A stretch of 63,551 nt of DNA, filler included, from Octopus bimaculoides (taxonomy: Eukaryota): the NCBI RefSeq assembly GCF_001194135.2. It is 4 parts of 4 records of this genome, joined end to end, with 100 filler letters (N's around TTAATTAATTAA, not from the genome) between each part and the next. Parts side by side here need not be neighbours in the genome. Positions count along the whole stretch, not along the records: positions 27,078 to 50,790 come from NC_068997.1; positions 50,891 to 59,378 come from NC_069002.1; 2 more parts are not named here. The stretch is one strand, 5' to 3'. Under the pieces are notes generated by a model. It did not search any database. It was not told the origin of the DNA and worked only from the letters and a program-made list of their open reading frames with translations. Made by a program: the position numbers and the translations under genes. This document shows, piece by piece, positions 38,153 through 51,949 of the stretch; within the stretch, counting starts at the first letter, position 1; every line of letters begins with the position of its first letter.

Positions 38153-38446
38153 ACAGAAAGTTCGGAGAATGGAAAACCGGAGGAAGAGGAAAATGGCACC
38201 GATGCCCACGAGGTTACATTGTGAAATATANNNNNNNNNNNNNNNNNNNNNNNNNNNNNNNNNNNNNTATATATATATAATAATATTAGGGACAAAATCC
38301 AAAATTACAGGATTTTATAAAATCAATTTATAAAAAATTAAAATTAAATTGAGCTTTATAGATAAAATATATAAAATATATAGTTTTATATGTGATAGTG
38401 GATTTTCATTGATGAGTTCTTGAAACTTGGTTATTTTCCCTAAAAC

Positions 38447-38486
<40 letters not shown>

Positions 38487-40378
38487 AGTGTGTGTGTACA
38501 GGCATACATATATACATACAAACATACATACTTATATATGTAAGTATATATATTATGTTCCTGTACGCTTTTCCTCTGCTACTTGGTGCTTTTTAGCATC
38601 ACACACGTCTACGAGATGCTTTCTCACGATAAATGCTGCAATTGTGTCGTTCTCTGCAGTACATCCATGCTAAGTGAAATATACCGATGGAACTCCGTCG
38701 CAGTCCGAGAAAGACGATTCTGAAATTTCTCGCGGGAGACTCACACTATAGGGAGACTCACACTATAGGCGCAATCATGGCTGTGTGGTAAGAGGCTTGT
38801 TTCCCAACCAAATAGCTCCAGGTTCAGTTCCATTGCATGGCACTTTGCGCAAGTGTCTTTTATTATCTGTCTTTGTCCCCCTACCATTGCTTGTCAGCCG
38901 ATGTTGGCGTTTTTACGTCCCCGTAACTTCGCAGTTCGGCCAAACAGAGCGATAGAATAAATACCAGGCTTACAAAAATTAAGTCCTGGGGGCGATTTGT
39001 TTAACTAAAGGCGGTGCTCCAGCATGGCCACAGTCAAATGACTGAAACAAGTAAAAGAATAAAAATGTATGTGTTGTACCATAGCCCGCTCTCTCCATCA
39101 AATTGACGTTTCTGGAAATGGTGCACGATGTAGCAGACGTCAGTTGTGAAAGCAATCTCAAGTGAAACGTGAGACGGGGTGTTTTACTCAAGAAAAGCAA
39201 TGCTTCGTGTGAGACCACGATCGTGAGTGCAACAAGGGGTTAGTACCCTTAACAATGTGCCTTGATATCTATCGAAACATAATATGATACGAGGTATGTT
39301 ATAATGGATTTAATGTAGCTAAAGTGATCAATATATATATAGAAAACAAAGCTTTCCCTTTATAAGATAAGAGCCGAGAACTGAAAAAATGGAGAATCAA
39401 ATGATTGGAAAGGTGGCAAATAAGTATAGAGAGGTGGGAATTGATAAGCAAGCTGTGTGGGAATCGAAGTTTAATAAAAAGTTTAATGATAGTTGCAAGC
39501 TGTTAAATGCTAAGGAATTACGAATAAATAAGTATTAAGGTATTTGTATTGAAGTGTCGAAATACAGTTTTGGAAAATATAACAACGCTATAAAAATTGA
39601 ACACAGTATCATAAATAGGGAAAAGGCGGCGAGCTGGCAGTGTTATTAGCATGTCAGGCGAAATACCTAGCGGTGTTTTGTCCGTCCTTATGTTCTGAGT
39701 TCAAATTCCACCGAGGTTGGCTTTGCCCTCTATCCTTTCGGGGTCGATAAAATAAGTACCAGTTAAGCACTGAGGGTCAATGCAATCGACTTAACACCGC
39801 CCCCACCCCGAAATTGCTGTCCATGTACCAAAATTTGAAACCACTATCATAAAGGCGAAATGCAATATTCTGTTTACTCATACGGATAGTGATCTACCGA
39901 AAAGAGGAAAAGTGGGTTTTTTTAAAAAAATTTCTTTTGTACCACATAAAATCAACAATTCTGGGTGACCATAGTGTATGAGAGAATCACAAGGGCAATA
40001 TTCTCTATGAATGAAGGCGGTGAGCTGGCAGAGACGTTGGCACGCCGGGCAAAATGCTTAGCGGTATTTCGCCTGCCGTTAGGTTCTGAGTTCAAATTAT
40101 GACGAGGTCGACTTTGCCTTTTATTCTTTCGGAGTCGATAAATTAAGTACCAGTTGCGTAATGGAGTCGATCTAATCGACTGGCTCCCCGCCCCGACAAA
40201 AAAAAAAAAAAATTTCAGGCCTTGTGCCTAGAGTAGAAAAGAATTATGAGAGAAAAGTCGCAAATATAGAAAAGATATGTTATACATGAAAGAGATTCAA
40301 TAGATATTAAGAAACATGTGGGGCAAAAATAGTGGGATAAAAAAATACACATAGTAATATACATATATGATTTCACAT

Positions 40379-40412
<34 letters not shown>

Positions 40413-40923
40413 GCCGTAAATAAATTACGGAAAGAGAGCACTAGGCAATGATGTGCATACATTCAAACTTGTTACCAGTTCAAATACGCTTGATGTATAT
40501 TCGAACCCGTAAGAAAGCCGTTCATTGTATTTTGTCATGGAGAATACTTCTCGGTGCAGACAGATAGGTGTCAACCAAATCAGTTCGCAGCCAACCACCA
40601 TGTAACCAGACTGGTTGTTGTATGCATTTCAGAGTGGTTATCTCCTCTTTCCAGTAACAGGTTTGTATTTATACACGTCACTGCTTAGCGCTTTCGTTCC
40701 GTATATNNNNNNNNNNNNNNNNNNNNNNNNNNNNNNNNNNNNNNNNNNNNNNNNNNNNNNNNNNNNNNNNNNNNNNNNNNNNNNNNNNNNNNNNNNNNNN
40801 NNNNNNNNNNNNNNNNNNNNNNNNNNNNNNNNNNNNNNNNNNNNNNNNNNNNNNNNNNNNNNNNNAACAGCAAGGGAGCATGCGCAAGGAATGCATTAGT
40901 TTGGCGCTCGGTAAAAAGAGAGT

Positions 40924-40958
40924 CTTTGACGTTTCGGACATAACTCTTCGTCGGAAAG
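40924..40958 (-). ncRNA. Minimal type-I hammerhead-like motif (U4C variant, disrupted stem II)
   Basis: Minus strand: CTTT-CCGACGA-A-GAGTTATGTCC-GAAAC-GTC-AAAG. Stem I CUUU/AAAG intact. Confidence 0.55.
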
Positions 40959-42286
40959 GAAAAAGAGTTATTTGCGTTTACATCGAAATATTTTACCAAC
41001 TTTTTTCCTTCTATTTATTTTTTCCACTTTATAGAAGTCAATATTTTCTCTGTTGAGATCTACCTCAGCTAATTTTGCTTTTCTCCCAGTTCTGTGCTTC
41101 CTGGAAGAAAAAAAACCTCACATTATCTCAAAGCTACGAGAATTCACTAAGATATTATTACACATCGTTGTGTCACAGATGCACAGAAAAAAGTGGTTCT
41201 CTACAATATATGGCCCTAAATATAACTCAAATTGGTTCCACTGTAAATTAGCGCTTAGGTCAGAATAGCATGGGAAAGTGCTATAAGATTATTACTGAGA
41301 GTTTCACATCTTAATTAGAATAATTATAATCAGAGTTTGACACTGTAGTTATGGTGCATTATTAAGATTTGACATAATAATTATACTAACTTATTATACT
41401 AACATTGCAGTTATGATATGCTTGTTAGATGTTAATATTTTTTAAAACTAAAGTTATTGTATTTTCAATTTGTAGATATTATAGCATAATTAACTTTTGT
41501 CATATTAATTACGGTAACTTGGTTAAAGTTTTGACGTATTAATTAAGACGATGTAGTTAAGCTTTAACAGGTTAGTTATAGTAACATTTTAAAGGTTTGA
41601 TATTAGTCAATTAGTTTTGACATGAAGTCAATAAAATGGGGATCGGTTTTCTAATATAACATTATTTTGGCAACTTTATTTTCCATAGTTTAAAGTTGCA
41701 TCACATGCATTTTCTTGGTAATTCATTTGTTGCTGTTAATTTTGAGAAAATGAAGACGATTCAGATATGTATAAAAAAAAAAGAAAAACAAGAAGAAAAA
41801 TCTTTAATTTGATACTATGAATGAAATCATTAATAGAAACTGTTTTATCGGACCGAATACGAACACTATTCATATTTCTACATTATAAGCATGAAGCCCG
41901 TTGTTTTGTTTTGGTGCCGAAGTAAAGAATATCACTTAGAATTCCGTATGAAGTAAATCGTTACTGAAGTTTAGAATCAGCTAAAAGAACGAAGCTTGCC
42001 GTAAGAAATAACTTTATTACATTAGAAACGAATTTTTTTTTTTAGTTTAAATGATATTAGTTTTGTCATCGGTAGAAGACCAAGAATTTGGTCTGAGTAG
42101 TTTAGTATATTCTACGAGCTCAATACTTAACTGGTACTTATTTTATCGATTCCGGATGTGCACGTACAAACAATTTGTATATGTATACAAACCTATGCTT
42201 GTGTGTATGTATAAACACACTCAACTATGTTGATAGTTAGATAAGCAGATACGGTTTATATGGCGAACGGTTAAAGGCGCGTGTGT

Positions 42287-42336
<50 letters not shown>

Positions 42337-42721
42337 CTGTGTGTGTGTGTTTGTGCGTCTATGTTTGTTCCTCCACCATCGCTTGACAACGGATTCTGGT
42401 GTATTTACGTACCTGTAACTTAGCAGTTCGGCCTAAGTGACCAATAGAATAAATACTAGGCTTACAAAGAATTAGTCCTGGGGTCGTTTTGTTCGAATAA
42501 AGGCGGTGCTCCAGCATGGCTGCAGTCAAATGACTGAAACAAATAAAAGAATAATAGAATATATATATATATATCTTATATAACACATGTATGTATATAT
42601 ACATACATATACATATACACATATTACATACATTATTTTTGAACGTATATATGTTTGTATGTATGTATCATCATCATCATCATCATCATCGTTTAACGTC
42701 CACTTTCCATGCTAGCATGGG

Positions 42722-42752
<31 letters not shown>

Positions 42753-42852
42753 CATACAAACATACATTAAATTTGCTCGAGTCTGAAAGAAAATGTCTCC
42801 GTGGTCAGTGTAGAAAGCAAGCACAAATAAGTGTAGTGTTGATCTATGTAGA

Positions 42853-42887
<35 letters not shown>

Positions 42888-42943
42888 GTAATAATAATAA
42901 TAATAACAGCAACAACACTAAAGGGATACGGTCGTTTTGTAAG

Positions 42944-43032
42944 CTGATAAGATGTCGATGTCGACTGGACGGGGTCGTGGCGTTCTTGAAAATCCGTTTC
43001 ACGTTGCTATGCAAATTACACGGCGTGAAATG
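42944..43032 (+). CDS. Weak candidate exon, phase 1 to 0: DKMSMSTGRGRGVLENPFHVAMQITRREM (a second frame is also open)
   Basis: gttttgtaAG acceptor (weak pyrimidine tract), donor ATG/GTGAGA at 43033. Confidence 0.2.
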
Positions 43033-45414
43033 GTGAGAATTTAAAAGCCCGTCACCGGCGAAGCGTGTAAACAAAGGACAAGTGAACGTCCATTGGTCAT
43101 ACAAATTTGTATATCTTAAATCCCTGTCTAGTTGTAGCTAGTTGAGTCAATATATGAAAAGTATTGAACCCCCGGTCAATTTATTTGGCAGAAATGACGC
43201 ATCTAGATCAACGGTGTGATATATTGTGGAGGTCACTGCTATAAACTCATCAGTGATCACCTATATGGATGTTCTGCATACTAGAAATTGAAGCCAAATG
43301 TTTTTTCAAATTATACCTTGTCCTACTAAAATCAATCCTTTCAATTTTAGGCACAGGGCCTGAAATTTTAGGGTATTGGGCTATGGCTCTTAATATTAAC
43401 TTAATGTAAACTTGAGCCGAGAGATCAAAACAGACAACTGGTAGGTGCACGGATCAGTAAAGGAAAATAAGCCAACTTATTGTATATAAATCGTTGATAG
43501 ACCATATACTGATATATTCTCTGTGACGTAACATCTGTTATCGACGTGCTGTGTTAAAATTATTATTATACAAGGATATCATTTTAGCTTGCGGATGAAG
43601 TATATTATTTATTTATCAATCATGAAAGGTAGACGAAGTCAATCAGGTGAGATTTGAACTCAGAAGGTATCTAAGTAATACCACTGTCAAGCTAAAACGA
43701 CATCCATGTATATTAACCCTTTCTACTAAAAGCACAAGGCCTCAAATTTGGGTGGTGGGGTGAGGGGATAAGTCGATTACATCAACCCCAGTACTCAACA
43801 GGTCATTATTTCGTTGATCCCGAAAGGATGAAAGGTAAATTCGACCACGGCAGGATTTGAACTCAGAACATAAAGACAGACGAAATGCCGCTTAGCATTT
43901 TGCCCGGCGTGCTAACTATTCTGCCAGCACGCCGCCTTGATATCCGTGTATAATAATGATAATTTATTACCTTAGAAAATTCAGACGTAGGATATTTTCA
44001 TACTTATGATTGACAAATAGTCACAAGGGCATATGGTCGAAAAGTAAAATCATTCTGAGTGGAATTTGAACTCAAAATATATTCAGATAATTGAATACCG
44101 CAAAAACGTTTTGTTCAATAACGCTAAAAGGCAATCCAACCAGTCCCATCACCTAATGAAAGCTCAATAACTTCCAGTTTTTAATACTTACATATCTTGA
44201 AAATCTTTTGAAAGCGCNNNNNNNNNNNNNNNNNNNNNNNNNNNNNNNNNNNNNNNNNNNNNNNNNNNNNNNNNNNNNNNNNNNNNNNNNNNNNNNNNNN
44301 NNNNNNNNNNNNNNNNNNNNNNNNNNNNNNNNNNNNNNNNNNNNNNNNNNNNNNNNNNNNNNNNNNNNNNNNNNNNNNNNNNNNNNNNNNNNNNNNNNNN
44401 NNNNNNNNNNNNNNNNNNNNNNNNNNNNNNNNNNNNNNNNNNNNNNNNNNNNNNNNNNNNNNNNNNNNNNNNNNNNNNNNNNNNNNNNNNNNNNNNNNNN
44501 NNNNNNNNNNNNNNNNNNNNNNNNNNNNNNNNNNNNNNNNNNNNNNNNNNNNNNNNNNNNNNNNNNNNNNNNNNNNNNNNNNNNNNNNNNNNNNNNNNNN
44601 NNNNNNNNNNNNNNNNNNNAGTAGTAGTGGTGGTATCATTATTATTATTATTACTATTATTACTATTATTATTATTACTATTATTATTATTATTATTATC
44701 ATTATTGTTGTTGTTGTTGTTGTTATTGAAAATAGTGTGTTTCCTTTAATCTTTTTTTGGGGTTTTGTTTTATCTTTATGCGCATTGCCTATTCACACAG
44801 CGAGTGAAACAGAGGAGAGTGGCTAGAAATAGAGATAGATACAGAAACAAGGAGGCATTTTACACACATACATACATACATACATATATATATCATATAT
44901 ATATATATATATATATGATATATATATATTGGGCGTGTGACTGTGGAGTGTAAGAGGTGTGTGTTGAAGCACAAAGTGATGAAGAAGATATAGAGAAATA
45001 AACGAAGCAAACAAGACCGAAGCAAAGACATAAATGAAGAAAGTAAATAAAACTAAGAGAAGCCCCCGAATCCTGAAGTGGTTGTTGCGTTTGATGTATT
45101 CTGCGCTTGTATTTGAACGTGAGAGCGGTAAAATGTTATCGCTGGTATTTTATAAGGCAACGAGAGGGGACCCGACAATCTTTGTCAACTACTACTACTA
45201 CCGAATCAGTGTTTTAGACATTTCTTGAGTGACGGCCATCCTTTTGAACTGACCAACAACAGATTGTGATTTCTCTTGGAAGTTAGACCCATAAAGTTCA
45301 GCTTGCAGTTTCTATGGACTCATTCGCATATATACGTGCGCACTAACGTAAGCATAAACTAATACAAGTACATAGGCAAACAGACAGACAAACACACACA
45401 GACACACACACACA

Positions 45415-45454
<40 letters not shown>

Positions 45455-45507
45455 AATGTAGATTGGTTTATAAACGTGAGAATGTGTGTCTGTGACAGTG
45501 CATATTC

Positions 45508-45544
<37 letters not shown>

Positions 45545-45601
45545 TGTGTGTGTGTGTTTGCGCATGTGACATGTTCATGCTTCTGTGCGTCTGTGTATGT
45601 A

Positions 45602-45648
<47 letters not shown>

Positions 45649-45720
45649 CTGTGTGTGTATATAATATTTCTTAAGTGTGCACTCTCATGAAACAGTTTAA
45701 TTCTACTCGAAACAGAGATT

Positions 45721-45786
<66 letters not shown>

Positions 45787-46473
45787 CAAACACGCGCGCA
45801 CACACATATTTACATAGGATTATTAACCTGTTTGTTGTTGTTGTTGGTGTTGTTATGTTTATTGTCTTTGACATGCTCTAAACATTCGTTATTATTGCCA
45901 TTGTTGTTGTAGACGATACCGACCTGTGTCTGTCTTTGTTGTTGTTTTCACATTTTGTAGTTGTAATCTACCTAGTAACAGAATGGTTTACGATCTGCTG
46001 CGAGTTTATCTGTCGGAAAAGGTTGAATAGGATGAAAGGACTACGAGTAAATACGAACGAAGGATGTACAAAGATAGAGTAGAAAGCTGGAGTGGTCGGG
46101 TAGCTAGGTTATGTGAGAGGGATGGTAACAGTAGGAGTTATTATATGGACTTCTCGGGAACACGGAGCAGCAGTATAAAAATATAGGGATTGTTGAATAT
46201 CCACGCAGGCATCGTGTATGAATGTATGCATGTATGTATGTATGTATGTTATCTTTTGCTTTTAATTATTTAAGTCGTTCCTTTGAGAAAGGAGCTGGTT
46301 TCTAACAAAGATACGAAGCTCCATCATTAGAATGTAGATAACGAAAACAAATTTACATTTTAAACTTGAGAAAAGTCTTGCATATTTTTACTGTTCCACT
46401 TACAGATTGTATTTGCACTGCAAGTTAGTAGCTTTTATGTATGTATGTATGTATGTATGTATGTATGTATGTA

Positions 46474-46836
46474 TGCAGTGTCTGTGCAAGACCGTGCCTC
46501 AGTAAAGCTGGACTTATGAGTCATCTTCGTAGTCATAAAGCAAGACCGATGATTGACTACCAGGCCGCTGGTNNNNNNNNNNTGGAAGGGAGTGTGATTC
46601 AGCAGGAGGACTTAAACGACACGCAAAGGTACATGGAGCCCAATTACAACAACAGCCAGCTATTGCCAGTAAAGGTTTTGGATGCCAACTCTGTGCAAGA
46701 CATTGTAGATCTTTGGCTGGGATAAAAAGTCACATTCGATCACAGCACCGTTAAGTTAAGCTTCGTGCAATGGCCAGACTCGATAACGAGGGGGCAGCCA
46801 TCATGTATGTATGTATGTATGTATGTATGTATGTAT
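46474..46836 (+). mobile_element. 5'-truncated RTE-like LINE 3' end encoding C2H2-type fingers, with an (ATGT)n tail
   Basis: CSVCARPCLSKAGLMSHLRSH, 10-N gap, GRECDSAGGLKRHAKVH, CQLCARHCRSLAGIKSHIRSQHR* (stop 46752-54), short 3' UTR, (ATGT)n on both sides. Confidence 0.7.
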
Positions 46837-47128
46837 CTCCTCTTTCGCTTTTTAAGACAGAATAAATTTAGACCGGCCATCTACTTGGCAGCAAGGTTGT
46901 GAAGGAAATCAGCATCCTTTAAATCTTAAGGTATTGCAAATTTTTATAGTCTTAGATCATTTGTAGCGTATGGATTAAGGATTTTCGCTTTCTCACCGAG
47001 CATTCAACTTCAACCATTCTTTGCTCCAGAGGGGCTGGTATTTAACTTGTTGCTCCAATAATAATAGGTACGAAGCTAAAAGTGCACCTTGGGTACTAGA
47101 TTTTCAAACTCCTAATCTATTTATGTAC

Positions 47129-47185
<57 letters not shown>

Positions 47186-47260
47186 CATTTTTCTGTCTTT
47201 CAGTCTGTATGCATGTATGTAAGTATGTATGTAAGTTTGTATGCTTGGGTGCATGTATGA

Positions 47261-47353
<93 letters not shown>

Positions 47354-47850
47354 ACTAAACGCACATATGCAGTGTGAGTTCGTATTGATGGAGCGCACCT
47401 GTCTATTTGTATGTGTACTCACACAGAAAGTAATCTCAAGTGTTTGCACAGTCCTATATTCAAATAAATATATGCGACATGTCTAATGTAATATATAACT
47501 TGTACGCAAGCTTGTTTATGTAGTTCAGAGATTCGTTTCATAACCACGTCTTTTCATGTTTAATTCTATATTCCATTTACGCGATGATTTAACTCACCTT
47601 CTCTTCTCATCTCATCAATTTGACATAAAGTCTATGAAATAGAGTTCAGTGTAATCCGAAGGTAATCGCTGGGTCATCGAAGTAATGATATGCAAACAGA
47701 TGCGAGAATCAATGTCTGCCTGTCTTTCTGTCTGTCCGTCTGTATGTATGTATGTATATGTATATTTATATATATATATGTATATACACACACATCACAT
47801 ATACACGAAACTCTCGGCTCTTGAGTTGCTCTGTTACTTCTGCTAAATAA

Positions 47851-47921
<71 letters not shown>

Positions 47922-47929
47922 CATGTATA

Positions 47930-48256
47930 TAGGCTCTGGAGTGGCTGTGTGGTAAGAAGCTTGCTCTCCAACCACATGGTTCCGGGTTCAGTCCCACTGG
48001 ATGGCACCTTGGGCAAGTGTCTTCTACTGTAGCATCGGGCACATCAAAACCTTGTGAGTGGATTTGGTAGACGGAAACTGAAAGAAGCACGTCGTATATA
48101 TATCTACCATCACATGTCACCGATGTTGCCGTATTTACGTCCCTGTAACTTAACGGTTCGTCAAAAGAGACCGATAGAATGCGTACTAGGCTTATAAAGA
48201 ATAAGTCCTGGTGTCGATTTGTTCGACTAAAGGCGGTGCTCCAGCATGGCCGCAGC
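47930..48256 (+). mobile_element. SINE family B, plus strand, short internal microsatellite
   Basis: GGAGTGGCTGTGTGGTAAG..GGTTCAGTCCC..AAGGCGGTGCTCCAGCATGGCCGCAG. Confidence 0.85.
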
Positions 48257-48979
48257 AAGAAATCGTGTAGAGCCCTGCACTAACTTCAGAAGGTAAAATG
48301 TGTCATTTGCTGAATGGAAGCTGGATGTTGGTGAGGGTTGGCGTAGTGTTTGGGAGGGCTATGAATATGCATCCGCTGAGTGTGAGGACGGCAAGGAAGA
48401 TTGCGGAGAAATTATAAATTTCAGTGTAGCAAGGTACTAGATTAAGAGTGAGACGAGTGAATTATTTTTATGTGAAATTAGTAGCAGAAATGGAGAAGTT
48501 ATTAACATTGTAGGTGGAAGACTTGAACCAGATAAAAAAAAAAATAAAAAAAATTCCATTGAGTAAAGCTAGCTTTTGTGATAAGGGAATGTCTATTTTT
48601 GAACTGAACGAGAAAGAGGGTCGAGATGAAAGATCTGAAGGTTGTTACGACTGGTTTGCAGGTTATAAGAGTTGCACTAAATGTCGTTGTGTTAAGATAA
48701 CTGGTGAGGCAGGAAGTGCATCTGTCTATCTGCCTTTCTCTCTCTCTCCTCTCTCTCTCTCTCTTACACATATACACACAAGTAAGCAAACACACCCACA
48801 TATACAAATATATGAGTATATACAAATACATACGCACACACACACATACATATACATACATATATGTATGTATATATACATATATACGCATATAAATATA
48901 TATACACACACACATAGGTATATACGAACAAACATACGTGTTTGTGTGTGTACATTCATAGATACACACACAGTATTAT

Positions 48980-49058
<79 letters not shown>

Positions 49059-49339
49059 ACAATAAATGGAGAGAAAGGGGCGAGAGAAAAAGTGAGAGAA
49101 GGAGAGAGAAAGGGAGAAAACGAAAGAAAACGGTTGTTAGTCATATACGTATGTGTTGCTTGTTTGTATATACAATGTTATCAGCCATTATACAAAGTGT
49201 ATAATATGTTGAGGATCTTATTTTCAAGAGAGGTGAGACAGAGTTACATTGGAAGAGATGCATTCATGTATCTATATTGCTATTAAAGAAAAATCTTCGT
49301 TCGGATTTACAGCTGCGAAATACAGACTAACATTTCTAC

Positions 49340-49990
49340 ATCATACTAATGTCCCAGGAACTCTATAATTGAAGCCACTATCGGTCTACCATCGGGAAAG
49401 AAGCATTGCATGCTTTGAAACGGTTGAGTCAGAGTTGCTAGTCTATTAGAAATCGAAATAGAAAATATGGATCATAGAGGATTTCGTCTTTGGTACATAA
49501 ATTGGTTTTGACACTATTGCGTACATCAGCCTGGGAAATTATTTGTTACCTAAAGTTATTCTTCTGTTAGAGAACGCTCCTAACCATTTTTCTAACATTG
49601 ATCGTGTTTACAAAAAAAAATGTAGTTTGTATGTTCCAAACAGATCATCTGATCAGTTACCTACCGATGGACTAAAATATAATAGAAATGTTCGCGACGT
49701 ACTGCCTATAAGGGTACTTTAAGAAAATGTTCGATGTCTTAGTCACAGATCCCGATATGACAGCAAATGATCACGGATGGTTATTTAACGTTCTAAATGA
49801 CATCCATTGTACCGATATCGCTTAGAAAGTCATTACAAAACTCTTAAGAATGTAATTTGGATGGAAGTTTTACTCGAGTCAAGAAGCAGCTTTGAAAGAT
49901 TTTGGTTGACGGAGGCAAGCGCTACGGTTATACAAGAAGTTTGAAAGTTAGCAAGAGAGGTTGAACTGGATTTACGGAAGAGGATACCTT
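49340..49990 (+). mobile_element. pogo/Tigger-type DDE transposase relic
   Basis: KVILLLENAPNH at 49552-49587 (compare the K.LL.LDNAP.H motif), then ..SYLPMD*NIIEMFATYCL (compare ..QPMDQG.I..FK..Y); many stops and frameshifts. Confidence 0.7.
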
Positions 49991-50287
49991 AGGATTGCTT
50001 GCTGATAGGGAATAAGAGAGAAAAATAGGAAAACGATTTTCAATTGAAGAAAAAGCAAACTTAGACATCTGGATGCGCAAAAAGAGGAGGAAAGGGGGAA
50101 AAACTAAGATGTACCTGCACGTGTTTCAAAGCTAATAAAACTGACTTGCTTCAATGATTTCTTTGCTAAAGCTCAGATTTCAATTGTAGAGTTCTGTAAA
50201 ATAACTATGACTGGAATCAAAATGTCATAGTAAAGAAAAGCTTGAACGAAAGTTAAGCGATTTATTATAAAAAATCCTTATCCACAG

Positions 50288-50461
50288 CGAACAACTCAGA
50301 GTTTAGATTCTAGAAAGGCGTACTGCCCTGAGCTCGGGCTGTCATCAGTGGTTGCTCTCGATCAGGACTATAATACTATGATTATACAGATCCATCCAAC
50401 GCTATTGCTGAAGCAGATCGCTATACAAATGACACTATTGCCTTCGGTTCCGAATCATCTG
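50288..50461 (+). CDS. Candidate exon, phase 0 to 0: RTTQSLDSRKAYCPELGLSSVVALDQDYNTMIIQIHPTLLLKQIAIQMTLLPSVPNHL; product unidentified
   Basis: Acceptor tccttatccacAG at 50286-87, 174 bp open, strong donor CTG/GTGAGT at 50462. An alternative 72-bp phase-1 exon (50390-50461) is possible. Confidence 0.45.
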
Positions 50462-50731
50462 GTGAGTAAACAATATATTTAAAGCATTCCTTTATTGATT
50501 CAGGTTGTATTTGATTGAATTATGTTTAGTTTATTATATACAGAACAAGAATTAACACTCTCTCAAAGACAAAGAATACGTATATATTTTTTCAAACGTC
50601 TGAAAGGAATCGCTACCTTCCTTTCCAATGTACGGATTTTACGTCGAAATCGTTTACGTTGCCTCTTTCGGTACAGCATCTCGGGTGTAAAACCCCCAAA
50701 GTTCTTCTCTCTCACTCTTCCTCTCTCCCTT

Positions 50732-50790
<59 letters not shown>

Positions 50791-50834
50791 NNNNNNNNNN
50801 NNNNNNNNNNNNNNNNNNNNNNNNNNNNNNNNNN

Positions 50835-50846
50835 TTAATTAATTAA
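50835..50846. other. Artificial scaffold-join spacer
   Basis: 44 N, TTAATTAATTAA, 44 N. Confidence 0.9.
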
Positions 50847-50890
50847 NNNNNNNNNNNNNNNNNNNNNNNNNNNNNNNNNNNNNNNNNNNN

Positions 50891-51246
50891 CGTGATTGTT
50901 ACCAACGTCGCCCTCCTGGTACTTGTGCCAGTGGCACGTGAAAAGACATTTGGGTGAGATCGTTGCCAGTACCGCTGGACTGGCTCCTGTGCAAGTGGCA
51001 CATAAAATACATCATTTCGAGCGTGGCCATTGCCAGTACCTCCTGACTGGCCTTCGTGCTGATGGCATGTAAAAGCACCCACTACACTCTCGGAGTGGTT
51101 GGCGTTAGGAAGGGCATCCAGCTGTAGAAACTCTGCCAAATCAGATTGGAGCCTGGTGTAGCCATCTGGTTTCACCAGTCCTCAGTCAAATCGTCCAACC
51201 CATGCTAGCATGGAAAGCGGACGTTAAACGATGATGATGATGATGA
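50891..51246 (+). mobile_element. Retroposon 3' end with a (GAT)n tail, probably RTE-related
   Basis: AAAAGCACCCACTAC..GGCGTTAGGAAGGGCATCCAGC..CCAACCCATGCTAGCATGGAAAGCGGACGTTAAACGATGATGATG; related copies at 56255-56445, 42671-42722, 58690-58810 and 60170-60510. Confidence 0.75.
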
Positions 51247-51949
51247 CACACATATAAATGTATGTATGTGTGTTTATAGTCAAGGTATGTGCTTTAGTGG
51301 TTAGGATGTTTTGATTTGATTCCTCAACCAGGTGGTGCATTGTGTTCTTCAGCAAAACACTTCATCTCATGTTGCTCAGCAATCACTTCCACACCTGACG
51401 CATGGTACACCGTGCACCTGTTTGAGCAACGTTGATTTGATGGATGGAGTTTGTGCTAATGCACAGCACAAATACATTTGACCAGTGTAAACAAATCATG
51501 TCTACTGGTTGTTCAGCAAGAATTTGCAGAACCATTATCAATGACAGGTGAATCCGTGATATGTGTGTGCGCACGTGTATATGAGTGTGTGTGTGCGCGC
51601 ATGTGCATATGAATGTGCACATGTGTGTGTGTATGTATGCATAGGAAGAAACTATATTTTGTCTGTCCACACAAATCAATGAAGATACTCAATATTCTAT
51701 CAGTTCACACCCAATGAAAACACTGTATATACTGTCTGTCTGTCTATATATCTATGTAGACAGTATATATTATGATGTCTATTTACATATATCAATGTAG
51801 ATACTTGATATTCTGTTTGTTTACAAACATTTATCAATGGAGACATATTCCATTCTGTCTGCTTCCATATATATACACCTACTGAAATACTTTCTGTTCT
51901 TTCAGTTTATGTAGATCTATAAAGCCATTATATATTCTGCCAGTTTACA

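Noticed and set aside
38734-38770. GACTCACACTATAGGGAGA resembles the T7 promoter
   Set aside because: Has a 2-nt insertion and lacks TAATAC; it is a 17-nt local tandem duplication beside a SINE 5' end.
50320-50352. Minus-strand CTGATGA followed by a GCCC/GGGC stem
   Set aside because: Followed by AGTAC rather than GAAA; not a hammerhead, and it lies within an exon candidate.
51165-51186. Minus-strand CTGAGGA..GAAAC in the (GAT)n-tailed retroposon (also about 56362-56380)
   Set aside because: Only 5 nt separate the boxes and they fold as a CUGG/CCAG hairpin; no stem II or cleavage-site geometry.
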